Below are positions 1 to 8,788 of a stretch of 26,532 nt of DNA, piece by piece; position 1 is the first letter of the stretch; each line of letters starts with the position of its first letter. The DNA lies in the NCBI GenBank assembly GCA_050298595.1, contig JBNKUM010000046.1:1-26532 (forward strand), in the 5' to 3' direction. The translations under genes were made by a program, and so were the position numbers. The stretch is from Gammaproteobacteria bacterium (GTDB lineage Bacteria > Pseudomonadota > Gammaproteobacteria > GCA-001735895). Under the pieces are notes generated by a model, which saw nothing but the letters and a program-made list of their open reading frames with translations, ran no database searches and was not told the DNA's origin.

Positions 1-313
1 CCGTAGCTTCGCTCATACAGCTCAAAGTAAATGTGCTGTCCTCACTCAGCTGATCGATCACCTCAGAACCAGTGACCGACTTACTCCCTGACCAATCCCC
101 AATAGCCACACAATTTGAGGCATTATCGACCAACCAGGTTAATGTAACACTCCCGTTATTACTGATATTGGTTAGATTACTTTCAAGTGTGACTCTTGCA
201 CTTACGTCGTCACTACCATCCCTTGTTGTAATCGTCATTTCACCATCGCAACCCGCTAGAAACCACGAAAGCATGATAGAAAAAAGGATAAATTTTAAAT
301 TAGAATATAGCAT
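1..313 (-). CDS. Secreted lipoprotein with an Ig-like repeat, 5' part only (runs off the left edge; absent from the ORF track)
   Basis: Manual translation from ATG at 313: MLYSNLKFILFSIMLSWFLAGC|DGEMTITTRDGSDDVSARVTLESNLTNISNNGSVTLTWLVDNASNCVAIGDWSGSKSVTGSEVIDQLSEDSTFTLSCMSEAT. It has a lipobox (LAGC), a GAGAG RBS, the TLTW..NA..C...G.WSG....GS......TFTL.C beta-sandwich repeat pattern, and stays open to the window edge. Confidence 0.85.
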   Translation of the reverse strand, partial: MLYSNLKFILFSIMLSWFLAGCDGEMTITTRDGSDDVSARVTLESNLTNISNNGSVTLTWLVDNASNCVAIGDWSGSKSVTGSEVIDQLSEDSTFTLSCMSEAT

Positions 314-526
314 CTCTCTGTACCTGACCTGTAAATGAGTCGAACTCAAAAAACAAATATCAGTTCGAAATTGTTAATAAACTCTGAATTTAAAAGCGGG
401 AAAGAGAAGCCGGAGTGGCTACCAAAAAAGAAATACAAACAGAGGGTGCCAATTAAATCCTTTCAGGCATAACCAGTAGAATAGTGATACGACTTAATTC
501 TAACCAGTTACTGTTTTTCTATGATT

Positions 527-611
527 TCTGGTAACCCGGCTGTCTTAGTGAAATTCACCTTAGACCCGTGGCATTGCGTCCCAGTCTTTCAACTGGTTTG
601 CCTTTTTCAGA
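527..611 (-). ncRNA. c-di-GMP-I (GEMM-I) riboswitch aptamer
   Basis: Minus strand reads TCTGaaaaaGGCAAACCAGTTGAAAGACTGGGACGCAATGCCACGGGTCTAAGGTGAATTTCACTAAGACAGCCGGGTTACCAGA. This shows P1 (TCTG/CAGA), the GGCAAACC..GAAA..GGGACGC P2 with a GNRA tetraloop, and a P3 ending GCCGGGTTACC, matching the GEMM-I consensus. It is about 215 nt upstream of the lipoprotein gene on the same strand. Confidence 0.92.
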
Positions 612-771
612 TATGTGTAATATAGCGGAAAAGCTTACGAAATTGTAAAGATGTGACGAAGTTCACTGAATCGGTTTTAAAAGGCGGTTATATGGCGACA
701 GACGTGTGCTTCTTAAAGAGGTTTTTCTGCTTTATTCCTTATCGCAGAACCATTTACAGGCCAAGAGTGAA

Positions 772-1389
772 TTACCCCGGTGCTGAAATGGCATGACTAC
801 GCTGGGGGATTTTAATTCTGGCGTCATTTTGACCTTTAAATAAAGCAATACTTTCCTTATGCGTCATTAAGGTTCCTTTACCAGTGAATAAATCAGTACG
901 CCAGGAAGGCGTGGCATTCAGGTATTCGGCTACGGTAGTCGCTCGGCTGTTACCGGCATCCATTTTACCCTTCAGGGTTTTGAATTCTTTTACCGTGATA
1001 TCACTGGTACAGCAGCTTGCAGACGTTGCGGAGAGCATGTTTCCTGCTTCATCAAATTTCGCGGGAGTGAATGGTTTGGAACATTTTGCTGCAGCTTCGT
1101 AAGATTCTTTCCTATGTTCAGGAAACTGTAGAGAGGCACCACGATGGTCGATTGAAAAATCAGTTTTGTAGAATGGACCGCTTTCACATTGCTAAAGCTT
1201 ACGCTTCAACGGACTGTTTTCATGTCATTAACCAGGCAGAAAGGACGGGGGCCTGACTGAATGCTCTGGTTGGATATATTTTCTGCCGCTCATATTTTTT
1301 TCATTGTGTTTCCCGTTATCCGCTGACAGGGATACGCTGTTAGCCAGTAATAGATCTTCAATCGAATCCATTGTGATCTTAAAATACAT
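772..1389 (-). pseudogene. Glycerophosphodiester phosphodiesterase (GlpQ-like GDPD) pseudogene
   Basis: GGAG RBS and ATG at 1389. Fragments fall in different frames: SIQSGPRPFCLVNDM / [52 protein letters not shown]...[19 protein letters not shown]...WRTDLF...[14 protein letters not shown] / [16 protein letters not shown]. The HRG..FPEH GDPD motif is present, with a nonsense codon, frameshifts, no E-x-D / H catalytic segment and a truncated 3' end. Confidence 0.8.
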
Positions 1390-1500
1390 TATGTTCTCCA
1401 GGTATGGATTTATCCGAACTGGAATACTGAGGCCTTACTGTTACAAGTTCATAACGATAAGGTTTTATCATTATGAAATTTTTGTTTAAAACATAAAGGC

Positions 1501-1527
1501 TGGGCTACGGCATGCTGCCGTAGCCCA
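1501..1527 (-). terminator. Intrinsic terminator-like hairpin after the Hsp20 gene
   Basis: Perfect 12-bp inverted repeat TGGGCTACGGCA-tgc-TGCCGTAGCCCA just past the stop codon, with a T-rich tail on the minus strand. Confidence 0.7.
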
Positions 1528-1533
1528 TATTAT

Positions 1534-2004
1534 TTAAGCAGCTTTGATTTCTGCAGAATCAGCTTGATGTTCAATCGCTTCAGAAGCCTGATTGATAGAT
1601 ATCTTCCTCGGCTTCATGGCTTCAGGGATTTCCTTTACCAGTTCAATAGTTAGCAAGCCGTTGTTCAATTTGGCTCCGGTGACTTCAATATACTCTGCCA
1701 GATTGAACTTGCGCTCAAAAGTGCTGTTAGCAATTCCCTGATACAGGTATTTATGACTATCTTCAGAGGATTTTTTACCTCGAACAGTAAGCACATCTTT
1801 TTCCACATCAATATCAAGCTCGTCCTGTTCAAAACCTGCTGCTGCGATGGTGATGGCATAACGGTCATCTTCAATTATTTCAATATTATAAGGGGGGTAA
1901 CCATTGATAGCACTTTCGCTGCGCATCGCTGAATTGATCATTGAGGCCAGGTGATCGAAACCGATTGAGTTTCGGTACAGTGGTGTAAAATCAATTGAGT
2001 TCAT
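1534..2004 (-). CDS. ibpA: Small heat-shock protein, Hsp20/IbpA family
   Basis: MNSIDFTPLYRNSIGFD, GYPPYNIE, YLYQGIA..FERKFNLAE, NGLLTIEL, PEAMKPRKISI. Start moved to the ATG at 2004, which has a GGAGGA RBS. Confidence 0.93.
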   Translation of the reverse strand: MNSIDFTPLYRNSIGFDHLASMINSAMRSESAINGYPPYNIEIIEDDRYAITIAAAGFEQDELDIDVEKDVLTVRGKKSSEDSHKYLYQGIANSTFERKFNLAEYIEVTGAKLNNGLLTIELVKEIPEAMKPRKISINQASEAIEHQADSAEIKAA

Positions 2005-2410
2005 AATATTTCCTCCATAAGAAGTAAAAAACAAATACAATCAACCCACAACAGAGATATGTGCTCTGCTGTGTAAGCAGGAAAATAATTACTCAACAAA
2101 AGTTTTCAAGTAACAAAAAAATAAAATATTTTTATCGTTTTTATCATTTATTTATAGATAAGATAGGGGCAAAGATAACAGTAAGGCCCCTTTACTATAC
2201 AAATTAGGACACAATTGTTAACATTTCATGCCTTAACTATGTATGTGGAGTTGTTACAATCCGTTTCGATTTGACATGATTTTTAGATGTCGACAGTTTC
2301 GGAATTTAAGATACAAGAACTATTAGCTGTTTCAGGATTCGATATCAGATTTATTAAACTATTTGCATCGATGATGCTTGATAAATTATTTACACAATAG
2401 GACTAAGGCT

Positions 2411-3307
2411 ATGAATAAAAAACTGATGGCAACTTTATTACTCGGTAGCGTTGTGACCCTGCCATTGCAGGCTGCTACAGAAAGAAATTATCTGGTAGAT
2501 TCTTATGGTGCACCGGTAAAAGATGGTTTTGGAGGATGTGTTCTGGTGATGGAAGGCAAAAAAGGGCCAATCGAAGCCTGTGGTGATGTTGTCAAAATTC
2601 CAGATTCAGATAACGATGGTGTAGCCGATGCAGATGATAAATGTTCAGGCACTCCTGCTGGTGCCAAAGTGGATGCCAAAGGCTGTGAGCTGGATTCAGA
2701 TGGCGATCGTGTTGTTGATAGCAAGGATCGATGCCCGGCAACCGATGCAGGTGTGATGGTAGATACAAATGGTTGTGCTTTAGATTCAGACAAAGATGGC
2801 GTAGCTGATAGCAGTGATCAATGCCCTGGAACTAAAACAGGGACCAGAGTAGATGCTAGGGGCTGTGCCATTAATATGGATCTGGATGGTGACGGTATCC
2901 TGAATGATCAGGATAAGTGTCCAAATACGGCTAAGGGTACAGTTGTAGACAGAACTGGTTGTGAATTGAAAGCTGATATTAAGTTAGACAAGGTTCAATT
3001 TAAAAGTGGCACAGCCGAACTTAGTGGTGAGAGTAAATCTGTTTTAGACCGTATTGCAAAAACCTTGAAAGAGAATCAGCACCTGAAATTTGAAGTTGCA
3101 GGTCACACCGATAATCGCGGTGATCGCAGCTTCAATGTGAGTCTGTCCGAGAAGCGCGCCCAGAGTGTTCGTCAATACCTTGTCAAAGGTGGAGTATCTG
3201 CCAATCGACTAACCGCTAAAGGATACGGCCCAGATAAGCCAGTAGCCTCCAATGATACACGTGAAGGTCGCAGTCAAAATCGTCGTGTTGAATTAGTGCT
3301 TCAGTAA
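2411..3307 (+). CDS. OmpA-family peptidoglycan-binding protein with thrombospondin type-3 (Ca-binding) repeats
   Basis: Signal peptide, four D-x-D-x-DG-x-x-D-x-x-D-x-C-(P)...VD..GC repeats, and a C-terminal OmpA_C domain (GHTD..G....N..LS..RA..V, GYG...P, NRRVE). Start moved to ATG 2411. Confidence 0.92.
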   Translation: MNKKLMATLLLGSVVTLPLQAATERNYLVDSYGAPVKDGFGGCVLVMEGKKGPIEACGDVVKIPDSDNDGVADADDKCSGTPAGAKVDAKGCELDSDGDRVVDSKDRCPATDAGVMVDTNGCALDSDKDGVADSSDQCPGTKTGTRVDARGCAINMDLDGDGILNDQDKCPNTAKGTVVDRTGCELKADIKLDKVQFKSGTAELSGESKSVLDRIAKTLKENQHLKFEVAGHTDNRGDRSFNVSLSEKRAQSVRQYLVKGGVSANRLTAKGYGPDKPVASNDTREGRSQNRRVELVLQ

Positions 3308-3340
3308 GTTACTGCTATCCATCAAACTGATGGAGTTATT

Positions 3341-3373
3341 AAAAAGCCGGGTAGGTCTTACTCGGCTTTTTTT
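3341..3373 (+). terminator. Rho-independent terminator, possibly bidirectional
   Basis: AAAAAGCCGGGTAGgtCTTACTCGGCTTTTTTT: GC-rich stem flanked by A and T runs. Confidence 0.85.
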
Positions 3374-3382
3374 AATGCAAAA

Positions 3383-3527
3383 GGAACCTCCGATCTCCGT
3401 AGCGCGGCCTGAAACACTAAGCTTCGGCCTTGCATTCCTTGAAAAGGGGGCTCCTTATCTGCGAAACGCGCCTTGCATCTGCATACTTTTAACTTCCCTG
3501 AGACATAAAATACACATCAGAGGTGCC
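3383..3527. mobile_element. MITE-like element of about 145 bp with IS5-type terminal inverted repeats
   Basis: Left end (AA)GGAACCTCCGAT; right end ATCAGAGGTGCC(TT), whose reverse complement is (AA)GGCACCTCTGAT, 12/14 identical. GC-richer than its flanks and without a credible ORF. Confidence 0.55.
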
Positions 3528-3929
3528 TTAACTTATACAGCGCACAATTATTTCGCTGGGTGCTAATCAATAATTGCTCAGTTAGTCGAGAAGTAATCGG
3601 TATTGACTAGATTATTCAGGCTGAAACACCTTGATAAAGTAAGTATGGCTTTGGAGATATTAAAAATAATGCTGAAAAAAGGGGTAGGGATAAGGGGTTT
3701 AAGAGTGCTTTTATTCAAATTACGAGTACAAGAAATCCTTATTAGAGGATGATTTGCATTAAAGTCGACGTGAAAAATGGCAGAATTTAAAAATAAACCC
3801 AATTATTTTGCTCATTTTGAACGAAATATGGCAACTATTTATTTATTTTCCAGATTTACTTGGATTTAAAGGTTATACTGCATGGGCAGATAACTGCAAA
3901 CAATCAAATATTAATTTAAAGAGTATAGT

Positions 3930-4136
3930 ATGAGTAAAGGCACAGTAAAATGGTTTAACGCGGATAAAGGTTTTGGTTTTATTACACCGGAAGACGGCGG
4001 TAAAGACCTATTCGTTCACCATTCTGAAATCAAAAGTGGAAGCAACTACGCAACCCTTAATGATGGACAGGCAGTAGAATTTGAAGTGGGCCAGGGCCAG
4101 AAAGGACCTTGCGCTAACAATGTTGTTCCTGCGTAA
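3930..4136 (+). CDS. cspA: Cold-shock protein, CspA family
   Basis: GTVKWFN..KGFGFI (RNP1), LFVHHS (RNP2), GQKGP.A; 68 aa. The exact paralogue cannot be assigned. Confidence 0.95.
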   Translation: MSKGTVKWFNADKGFGFITPEDGGKDLFVHHSEIKSGSNYATLNDGQAVEFEVGQGQKGPCANNVVPA

Positions 4137-4280
4137 TTATTAAAACAAAGCAGTAGCATTTTAAAGGCAAGTCTGTTGAGCTGTAATGCAGCTCACAGCT
4201 TGTCACAGTATTTCCTCATATATCACCCCCATACCTTCTCATACTTAGTATCATACATTTTTTTGATATCTCGCTTTAAG

Positions 4281-4754
4281 CTAAAGCAATAAGCTCATAT
4301 CGATAGCATGATATTTGTTTACAGCATTTATAAGCGAATTAGCAGTTAGCGAAGGTACACCGTATGCTTCGGCAATGACTCCATAATCTTTTCTGACCTT
4401 GTCCATGAGCAGGTCAAAATCACCATCACCCGATAACAGTACGATGTGGTCAACCTGGCCGGCAGCCTGCATGATATCGATCGTTATACCGACGTCCCAG
4501 TCACCTTTAGCACTACCATCACTGCGCTGGATATAAGGCTTAAGCTTTATTTCAAAACCGATATTCTTCAAAGCTGATTGAAATTTTTGCTGTTTATCAT
4601 TTTCTCGCGCAATGGCATAAGCATAGGCTTGCACTATTTCACCCTGTTGACTAAGCCGATCCCATAATGCGCGATAGTTGAACTGACGGCCATAAGCCTG
4701 ACGTGTGGTGTAGTAGATGTTCTGTACGTCGGCAAACAGGGCGATTTTCTTCAC
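4281..4754 (-). CDS. NYN-domain (LabA/DUF88, PIN-like) protein
   Basis: IALFADVQNIYY, KGDWDVGITID and LLSGDGDF motifs. Confidence 0.9.
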   Translation of the reverse strand: MKKIALFADVQNIYYTTRQAYGRQFNYRALWDRLSQQGEIVQAYAYAIARENDKQQKFQSALKNIGFEIKLKPYIQRSDGSAKGDWDVGITIDIMQAAGQVDHIVLLSGDGDFDLLMDKVRKDYGVIAEAYGVPSLTANSLINAVNKYHAIDMSLLL

Positions 4755-4877
4755 AGTGGCTGGTCAATGTTATTAATCAGTTCATATTGTAAATTATGAT
4801 GATGCTCAATGTTGCTTTATTATATTAATCTAACAACAATATTCTTTTATAAACGATTCAGATTTCAGGGATTTTAA

Positions 4878-5822
4878 ATGGCCTCAGGTTCCAAAAAAGT
4901 CATCTTCGCCGCTCTGGCAGGGAATACGCTAATATCCATCACAAAATTTGTCGCAGCGGCTTTTACGGGTAGTTCAGCTATGTTGTCAGAAGGTATACAT
5001 TCTCTGGTTGATACCGGAAATCAGTTTTTACTGCTGCATGGCATGAAGCAGGCAGCCAAGCCAGCGGATGAGGATTTTCCTTTTGGACATGGAAAAGAGG
5101 TCTATTTCTGGAGCTTCATTGTAGCCATACTAATATTTGCGCTAGGCGGAGGTATTTCCATCTACGAAGGGATTAAGCATTTATCACATCCAGAACCCAT
5201 CAGTAATCCAATAATTAATTATATCATTCTCGGGCTGGCTTTATTGTTTGAAGGCGCGGCATGGATCTTCGCGTTCAAGGAATTTAGCCGCGTCAAAGGC
5301 AAGTGGGGATATATAGAGGCGATTCAGCGTGCCAAGGATCCATCCATCTTTGTCGTGCTGTTTGAAGATTCTGCCGCTATGCTTGGCTTACTGGTTGCCT
5401 TTATAGGAGTGGCTTTAAGTCAATATACCGGGATTCTCATATTTGACTCAATCGCATCGATAATCATTGGTCTAATCCTGGTAGGTACCTCGATATGGCT
5501 GGCCTACGAAACCAAAAGTCTGTTGATCGGTGAAAGTGCCAGTCAGCCGACCATCAAGGGTGTGCGTGAGATTCTACAAGCTGAAAGCTCAATTCAGCAT
5601 GTTAATGAAGTGTTGACCATGCACATGGGGCCAGATTTTATTTTGGCCAATATCAGCGTGGATTTTACCGATAGCATTACTGCAGATGAAATTGAAAAGG
5701 TAATCGCTAAAATCGATCAAAATATTAAACAGGATTTTCCGCAGATCAAACGTATTTTTATCGAAGCAGAAAAGCGCAAAATACAAAAAACCGCAGGAGA
5801 GAATTTTGAAAGCAACAGCTGA
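4878..5822 (+). CDS. Cation diffusion facilitator family metal transporter
   Basis: GSSAMLSEGIHSLVD, FPFGHGKE, LFEDSAA; six hydrophobic segments and a soluble C-terminal domain. Confidence 0.92.
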   Translation: MASGSKKVIFAALAGNTLISITKFVAAAFTGSSAMLSEGIHSLVDTGNQFLLLHGMKQAAKPADEDFPFGHGKEVYFWSFIVAILIFALGGGISIYEGIKHLSHPEPISNPIINYIILGLALLFEGAAWIFAFKEFSRVKGKWGYIEAIQRAKDPSIFVVLFEDSAAMLGLLVAFIGVALSQYTGILIFDSIASIIIGLILVGTSIWLAYETKSLLIGESASQPTIKGVREILQAESSIQHVNEVLTMHMGPDFILANISVDFTDSITADEIEKVIAKIDQNIKQDFPQIKRIFIEAEKRKIQKTAGENFESNS

Positions 5823-6084
5823 ATTACAGGTAATACCCATTGGCGCAGGTGTTACTGTGCGTGAAGAAGTAAAACAGATAGTTGAGTTGTTGAATAGCTA
5901 CGATTTTATTCTGCAAACGCATGCCTCCGGTACCAACATAGAAGGCGAGCTGTCGGAAATTTTAAAAGCAGTAGAATCAATACATGAAACCATGCATCAG
6001 CAGGGTAGTGTACGACTGGTTAGTTATCTAAAGCTGGAAACACGCACAGATAAACCCCCAACCTTGGCTGGGAAAGAACTGTGA
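5806..6084 (+). CDS. MTH1187/YqgV family thiamine-binding protein (UPF0045)
   Basis: AELQVIPIG.G, HASGTNIEGE, H....G..R....K..TRTDK. TTG start with a GGAG RBS, overlapping the end of the CDF gene. Confidence 0.85.
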   Translation: MKATAELQVIPIGAGVTVREEVKQIVELLNSYDFILQTHASGTNIEGELSEILKAVESIHETMHQQGSVRLVSYLKLETRTDKPPTLAGKEL

Positions 6085-6116
6085 TATCTGAATTAAGCTG
6101 GAATATTAACTTAGAG

Positions 6117-6878
6117 TCACCAGTGGATTTTGTCGTGAGTAATTTCAAGGTCAAGAAAGTCCATAATTTTAAACATATGTGGTGAGTCTAGAGCCGTCGA
6201 TTCCGTCAAAGAACTACACAGGTTCGCACCCGCTATAGGAGTGCACGATTGCTGTATGAATGTTTTCAGTGCATCACCTTGCCCCTTAAGAATATCTTTC
6301 AATACCCATGGGCTAAGCATCCCGGCGCTTTCCATGACGGGGAGTTGGCAGATGTTATGTAAAGCTGTCAAAAGTTTTGGGCCGATAAAGTGTGGTGGAA
6401 TGTCCCCTGAGTTTTGTTGCAATAACTTTTCGGCTGTTTGTAGATAAAACTCGAGAAAAGGGTTGCCGAGTCGAAACATCAGGAATGCATTGTGTACTTT
6501 TTTATAGGTCTTCAGATGACCTCGTTTATCCTGTTGCACCCAAACCTCTCTCCCTACGGCATAACTGCTATCAGGTAAAGTAAATTGTTCTGGGTTGAAT
6601 ATATAAAAATCCGCATCTATCCACACTAAGCTCTGATATCCTTCAAACAGCCCCTTTCGGATCGCATATAAACGCGCTAGATCACTGGCAATGACTTTTT
6701 GTGCCGCCGTTTTTTGCATCAATGCTTGAGGAATTAGTTGGAATATTTCATCAGTGATGAAGCGGTATTCAAATTCCATCTGCTCAGCCCATGAAGCCAC
6801 GGAGTCAAGGCAGCGCTGTAACCATAGATAAGGTAGCGGGGTACGATGAGACTGGATGACTAATGTGCTTTGTTGCAT
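6117..6878 (-). CDS. Hypothetical protein, probable DxD (GT32-like) glycosyltransferase
   Basis: Ordered motifs SDLARL ... WIDAD ... NAFL..... NPFL ... IGPKLLT resemble GT32/OCH1-type motifs. ORF is solid; function is by eye only. Confidence 0.55.
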   Translation of the reverse strand: MQQSTLVIQSHRTPLPYLWLQRCLDSVASWAEQMEFEYRFITDEIFQLIPQALMQKTAAQKVIASDLARLYAIRKGLFEGYQSLVWIDADFYIFNPEQFTLPDSSYAVGREVWVQQDKRGHLKTYKKVHNAFLMFRLGNPFLEFYLQTAEKLLQQNSGDIPPHFIGPKLLTALHNICQLPVMESAGMLSPWVLKDILKGQGDALKTFIQQSCTPIAGANLCSSLTESTALDSPHMFKIMDFLDLEITHDKIHW

Positions 6879-6996
6879 GGGGTATTATAAATGGGCCAGA
6901 AAAAGAAAAGGGAGTTTTTCTTTACAAATCAAAAAACTCAGGAGTAAACTCTAACCCGCATTTTTCCATCGGATGGCTGTTAAGGTTTTATGATCA

Positions 6997-7070
6997 GGAA
7001 CCTGTGAATAGAAAGATGGTTTGAAAACTTACATCAATAATCAAGCCATCCCATTTTATTCAGAGGTTCT
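6997..7070. repeat. 74-bp palindromic element with IS5-type ends (mini-MITE) in the leader of the ABC operon
   Basis: GGAACCTGTGAATAGA ... TTTATTCAGAGGTTCT ends plus an inner GATGGTTTGA/TCAAGCCATC stem. The ends are related to those of the 3383-3527 element. Confidence 0.55.
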
Positions 7071-7129
7071 GTCTAAATATCTGCAGTCCTCTTACTGTTT
7101 AATATTTATAGTTATGGAGAGATAGCATA

Positions 7130-8683
7130 ATGAAAACAATCACCAAGATTCTTATCTGTTTTATCGCGGCAATAGGTATCAGCTTTGCTGCGCAGGCGAA
7201 AACGTTACGCCTCGCCTACGACGCTGATCCAGTATCGCTCGACCCTCATGAGCAATTATCCGGCGGCATGCTCCAGTATTCCCACATGGTATTCGACCCA
7301 TTAGTACGGTGGACCAAGTCGATGGATTTTGAACCCCGCCTGGCGACATCATGGGAGCGTACCGATCAATATACCGTGCGATTCAATTTGCGTAAAAATG
7401 TGAAATTCCATTCGGGTAACACGCTCACCACTAAAGATGTACTGTTTACTTACAATCGCCTTTTAGAAAGCCCTGACTTCAAGGCGCTATTCCAGCCATT
7501 CAAGGCACTTAAGGTGATTGATGATTACACCTTTGAGCTGATCACCAAGGAACCTTATCCTCTGGTGATGCATATGGCGACCTATATCTTCCCGATGGAT
7601 AGCGCTTTTTATAGCGGCAATGATGATAAGGGCCAGCCCAGGGCAATGCTAAAAAAACATGGCGATACCTATGCCTCTACCCATGCTTCAGGCACAGGCC
7701 CCTATATCGTGACTGAACGTCAGCAGGGCGTAAAAGTTGAATTCACGCGCTTCGGAGACTACTGGGATAAGAGTTCTCCCGGTAATGTAGACAAGATCAT
7801 CATGACCCCGATCAAAGAAGCACCTACCCGAGTTGCAGCACTACTTTCTGGCGATGTAGATTTCATTGCGCCGGTTCCACCTACCGATCTCGAGCGTATC
7901 GAGAAAAACCCTGATACCGATCTGATCACTATGTCGGGTACACGAATTATCACTTTTCAGTTGAACCAGAAAAGAGTTCCGCAGTTTAAGGATCAACGTG
8001 TACGCCAGGCGATAGTATATGCAGTGAATAACGTGGGTATCGTGAAAAAAATCATGCGTGGATTTGGTACCGCTGCCGCACAACAAAGCCCACGTGGCTA
8101 TGTGGGGCATGTTCCTGGATTGTTTCCGCGTTTTGACCTGAATAAAGCCAAACAGTTGATGAAAGAAGCTGGCTATGAAAAAGGCTTCAGTGTCACCATG
8201 ATGGCACCCAACAACCGTTATGTGAATGATGCGAAAATTGCTGAAGCTGTGGCATCTATGCTTGCCAAAATCAATATCAAGGTTGATCTAACCACCATGC
8301 CGAAAGCGCAATACTGGCCTAAATTCGACGAGCGTGCAGCTGACATTATGATGATAGGCTGGCATGCGGATACTGAGGATTCATCCAACTTCACGGAATT
8401 TCTGACCATGTGTCCCGATGCGGAAACCGGTTATGGTCAATACAATAGTGGCAATTACTGCAATAAGGATGTAGATGCGATGATTATTGCCAGCCAGGGC
8501 GAGACAGATCTGGCCAAGCGTAAAAATCTATTACAGGATGTTGAAAGAAAGCTGTATTACGATGCGGCGTTTGTGCCTCTGCATTGGCAGGATCTGGCCT
8601 GGGCTGCACGCAAAGGCGTACATGCTGAAGCTATTCTGAATGTAATGAATTTTCCTTACCTCGGCGATCTGGTGATGGATTAA
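7130..8683 (+). CDS. dppA: Peptide/nickel ABC transporter substrate-binding protein (family 5)
   Basis: Signal peptide, SLDPH, PRLATSW, LRKNVKFHSG, GTGPY, VRQAI..AVN; GGAG RBS. The symbol is family-level only. Confidence 0.9.
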   Translation: MKTITKILICFIAAIGISFAAQAKTLRLAYDADPVSLDPHEQLSGGMLQYSHMVFDPLVRWTKSMDFEPRLATSWERTDQYTVRFNLRKNVKFHSGNTLTTKDVLFTYNRLLESPDFKALFQPFKALKVIDDYTFELITKEPYPLVMHMATYIFPMDSAFYSGNDDKGQPRAMLKKHGDTYASTHASGTGPYIVTERQQGVKVEFTRFGDYWDKSSPGNVDKIIMTPIKEAPTRVAALLSGDVDFIAPVPPTDLERIEKNPDTDLITMSGTRIITFQLNQKRVPQFKDQRVRQAIVYAVNNVGIVKKIMRGFGTAAAQQSPRGYVGHVPGLFPRFDLNKAKQLMKEAGYEKGFSVTMMAPNNRYVNDAKIAEAVASMLAKINIKVDLTTMPKAQYWPKFDERAADIMMIGWHADTEDSSNFTEFLTMCPDAETGYGQYNSGNYCNKDVDAMIIASQGETDLAKRKNLLQDVERKLYYDAAFVPLHWQDLAWAARKGVHAEAILNVMNFPYLGDLVMD

Positions 8684-8716
8684 GCATCAGTTGATGCACT
8701 GCAATATGGTATTATT

Positions 8717-8747
8717 CCCGGCTCAATACTCAGGTATTCGAGTCGGG
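8717..8747 (+). promoter_or_regulatory. Intercistronic stem-loop after the substrate-binding gene
   Basis: CCCGGCTC-AATAC-tcag-GTATT-c-GAGTCGGG with no U tail. This is a typical position for an mRNA-stabilising hairpin in ABC operons. Confidence 0.55.
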
Positions 8748-8788
8748 GGTGATATGTATTCTGATCTCTACTCATTGAATAATAAGCG

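Noticed and set aside
72-338. Plus-strand 88-aa ORF
   Set aside because: Antisense shadow of the minus-strand lipoprotein gene.
527-611. 3',3'-cGAMP-selective GEMM-Ib riboswitch variant
   Set aside because: The discriminator position is G, not A.
884-1489. Short ORFs 884..1102, 990..1187, 1071..1256 and 1304..1489
   Set aside because: Off-frame or antisense readings of the GDPD pseudogene.
2040-2115. Sigma-32 promoter or ROSE thermometer for the Hsp20 gene
   Set aside because: A CTTGAA -35 is present on the minus strand, but there is no CCCCAT-like -10 and no clear ROSE U(U/C)GCU motif. Plausible but unsupported.
2600-2965. Periodic ~90-bp repeats as a CRISPR or other DNA repeat array
   Set aside because: They are protein-level TSP3 repeats inside the OmpA-like ORF. 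I saw no CRISPR array, tRNA or rRNA in the window.
3330-3802. ORFs 3330..3566 and 3578..3802
   Set aside because: One spans a terminator and a MITE-like element; neither has a clear RBS or recognisable motifs.
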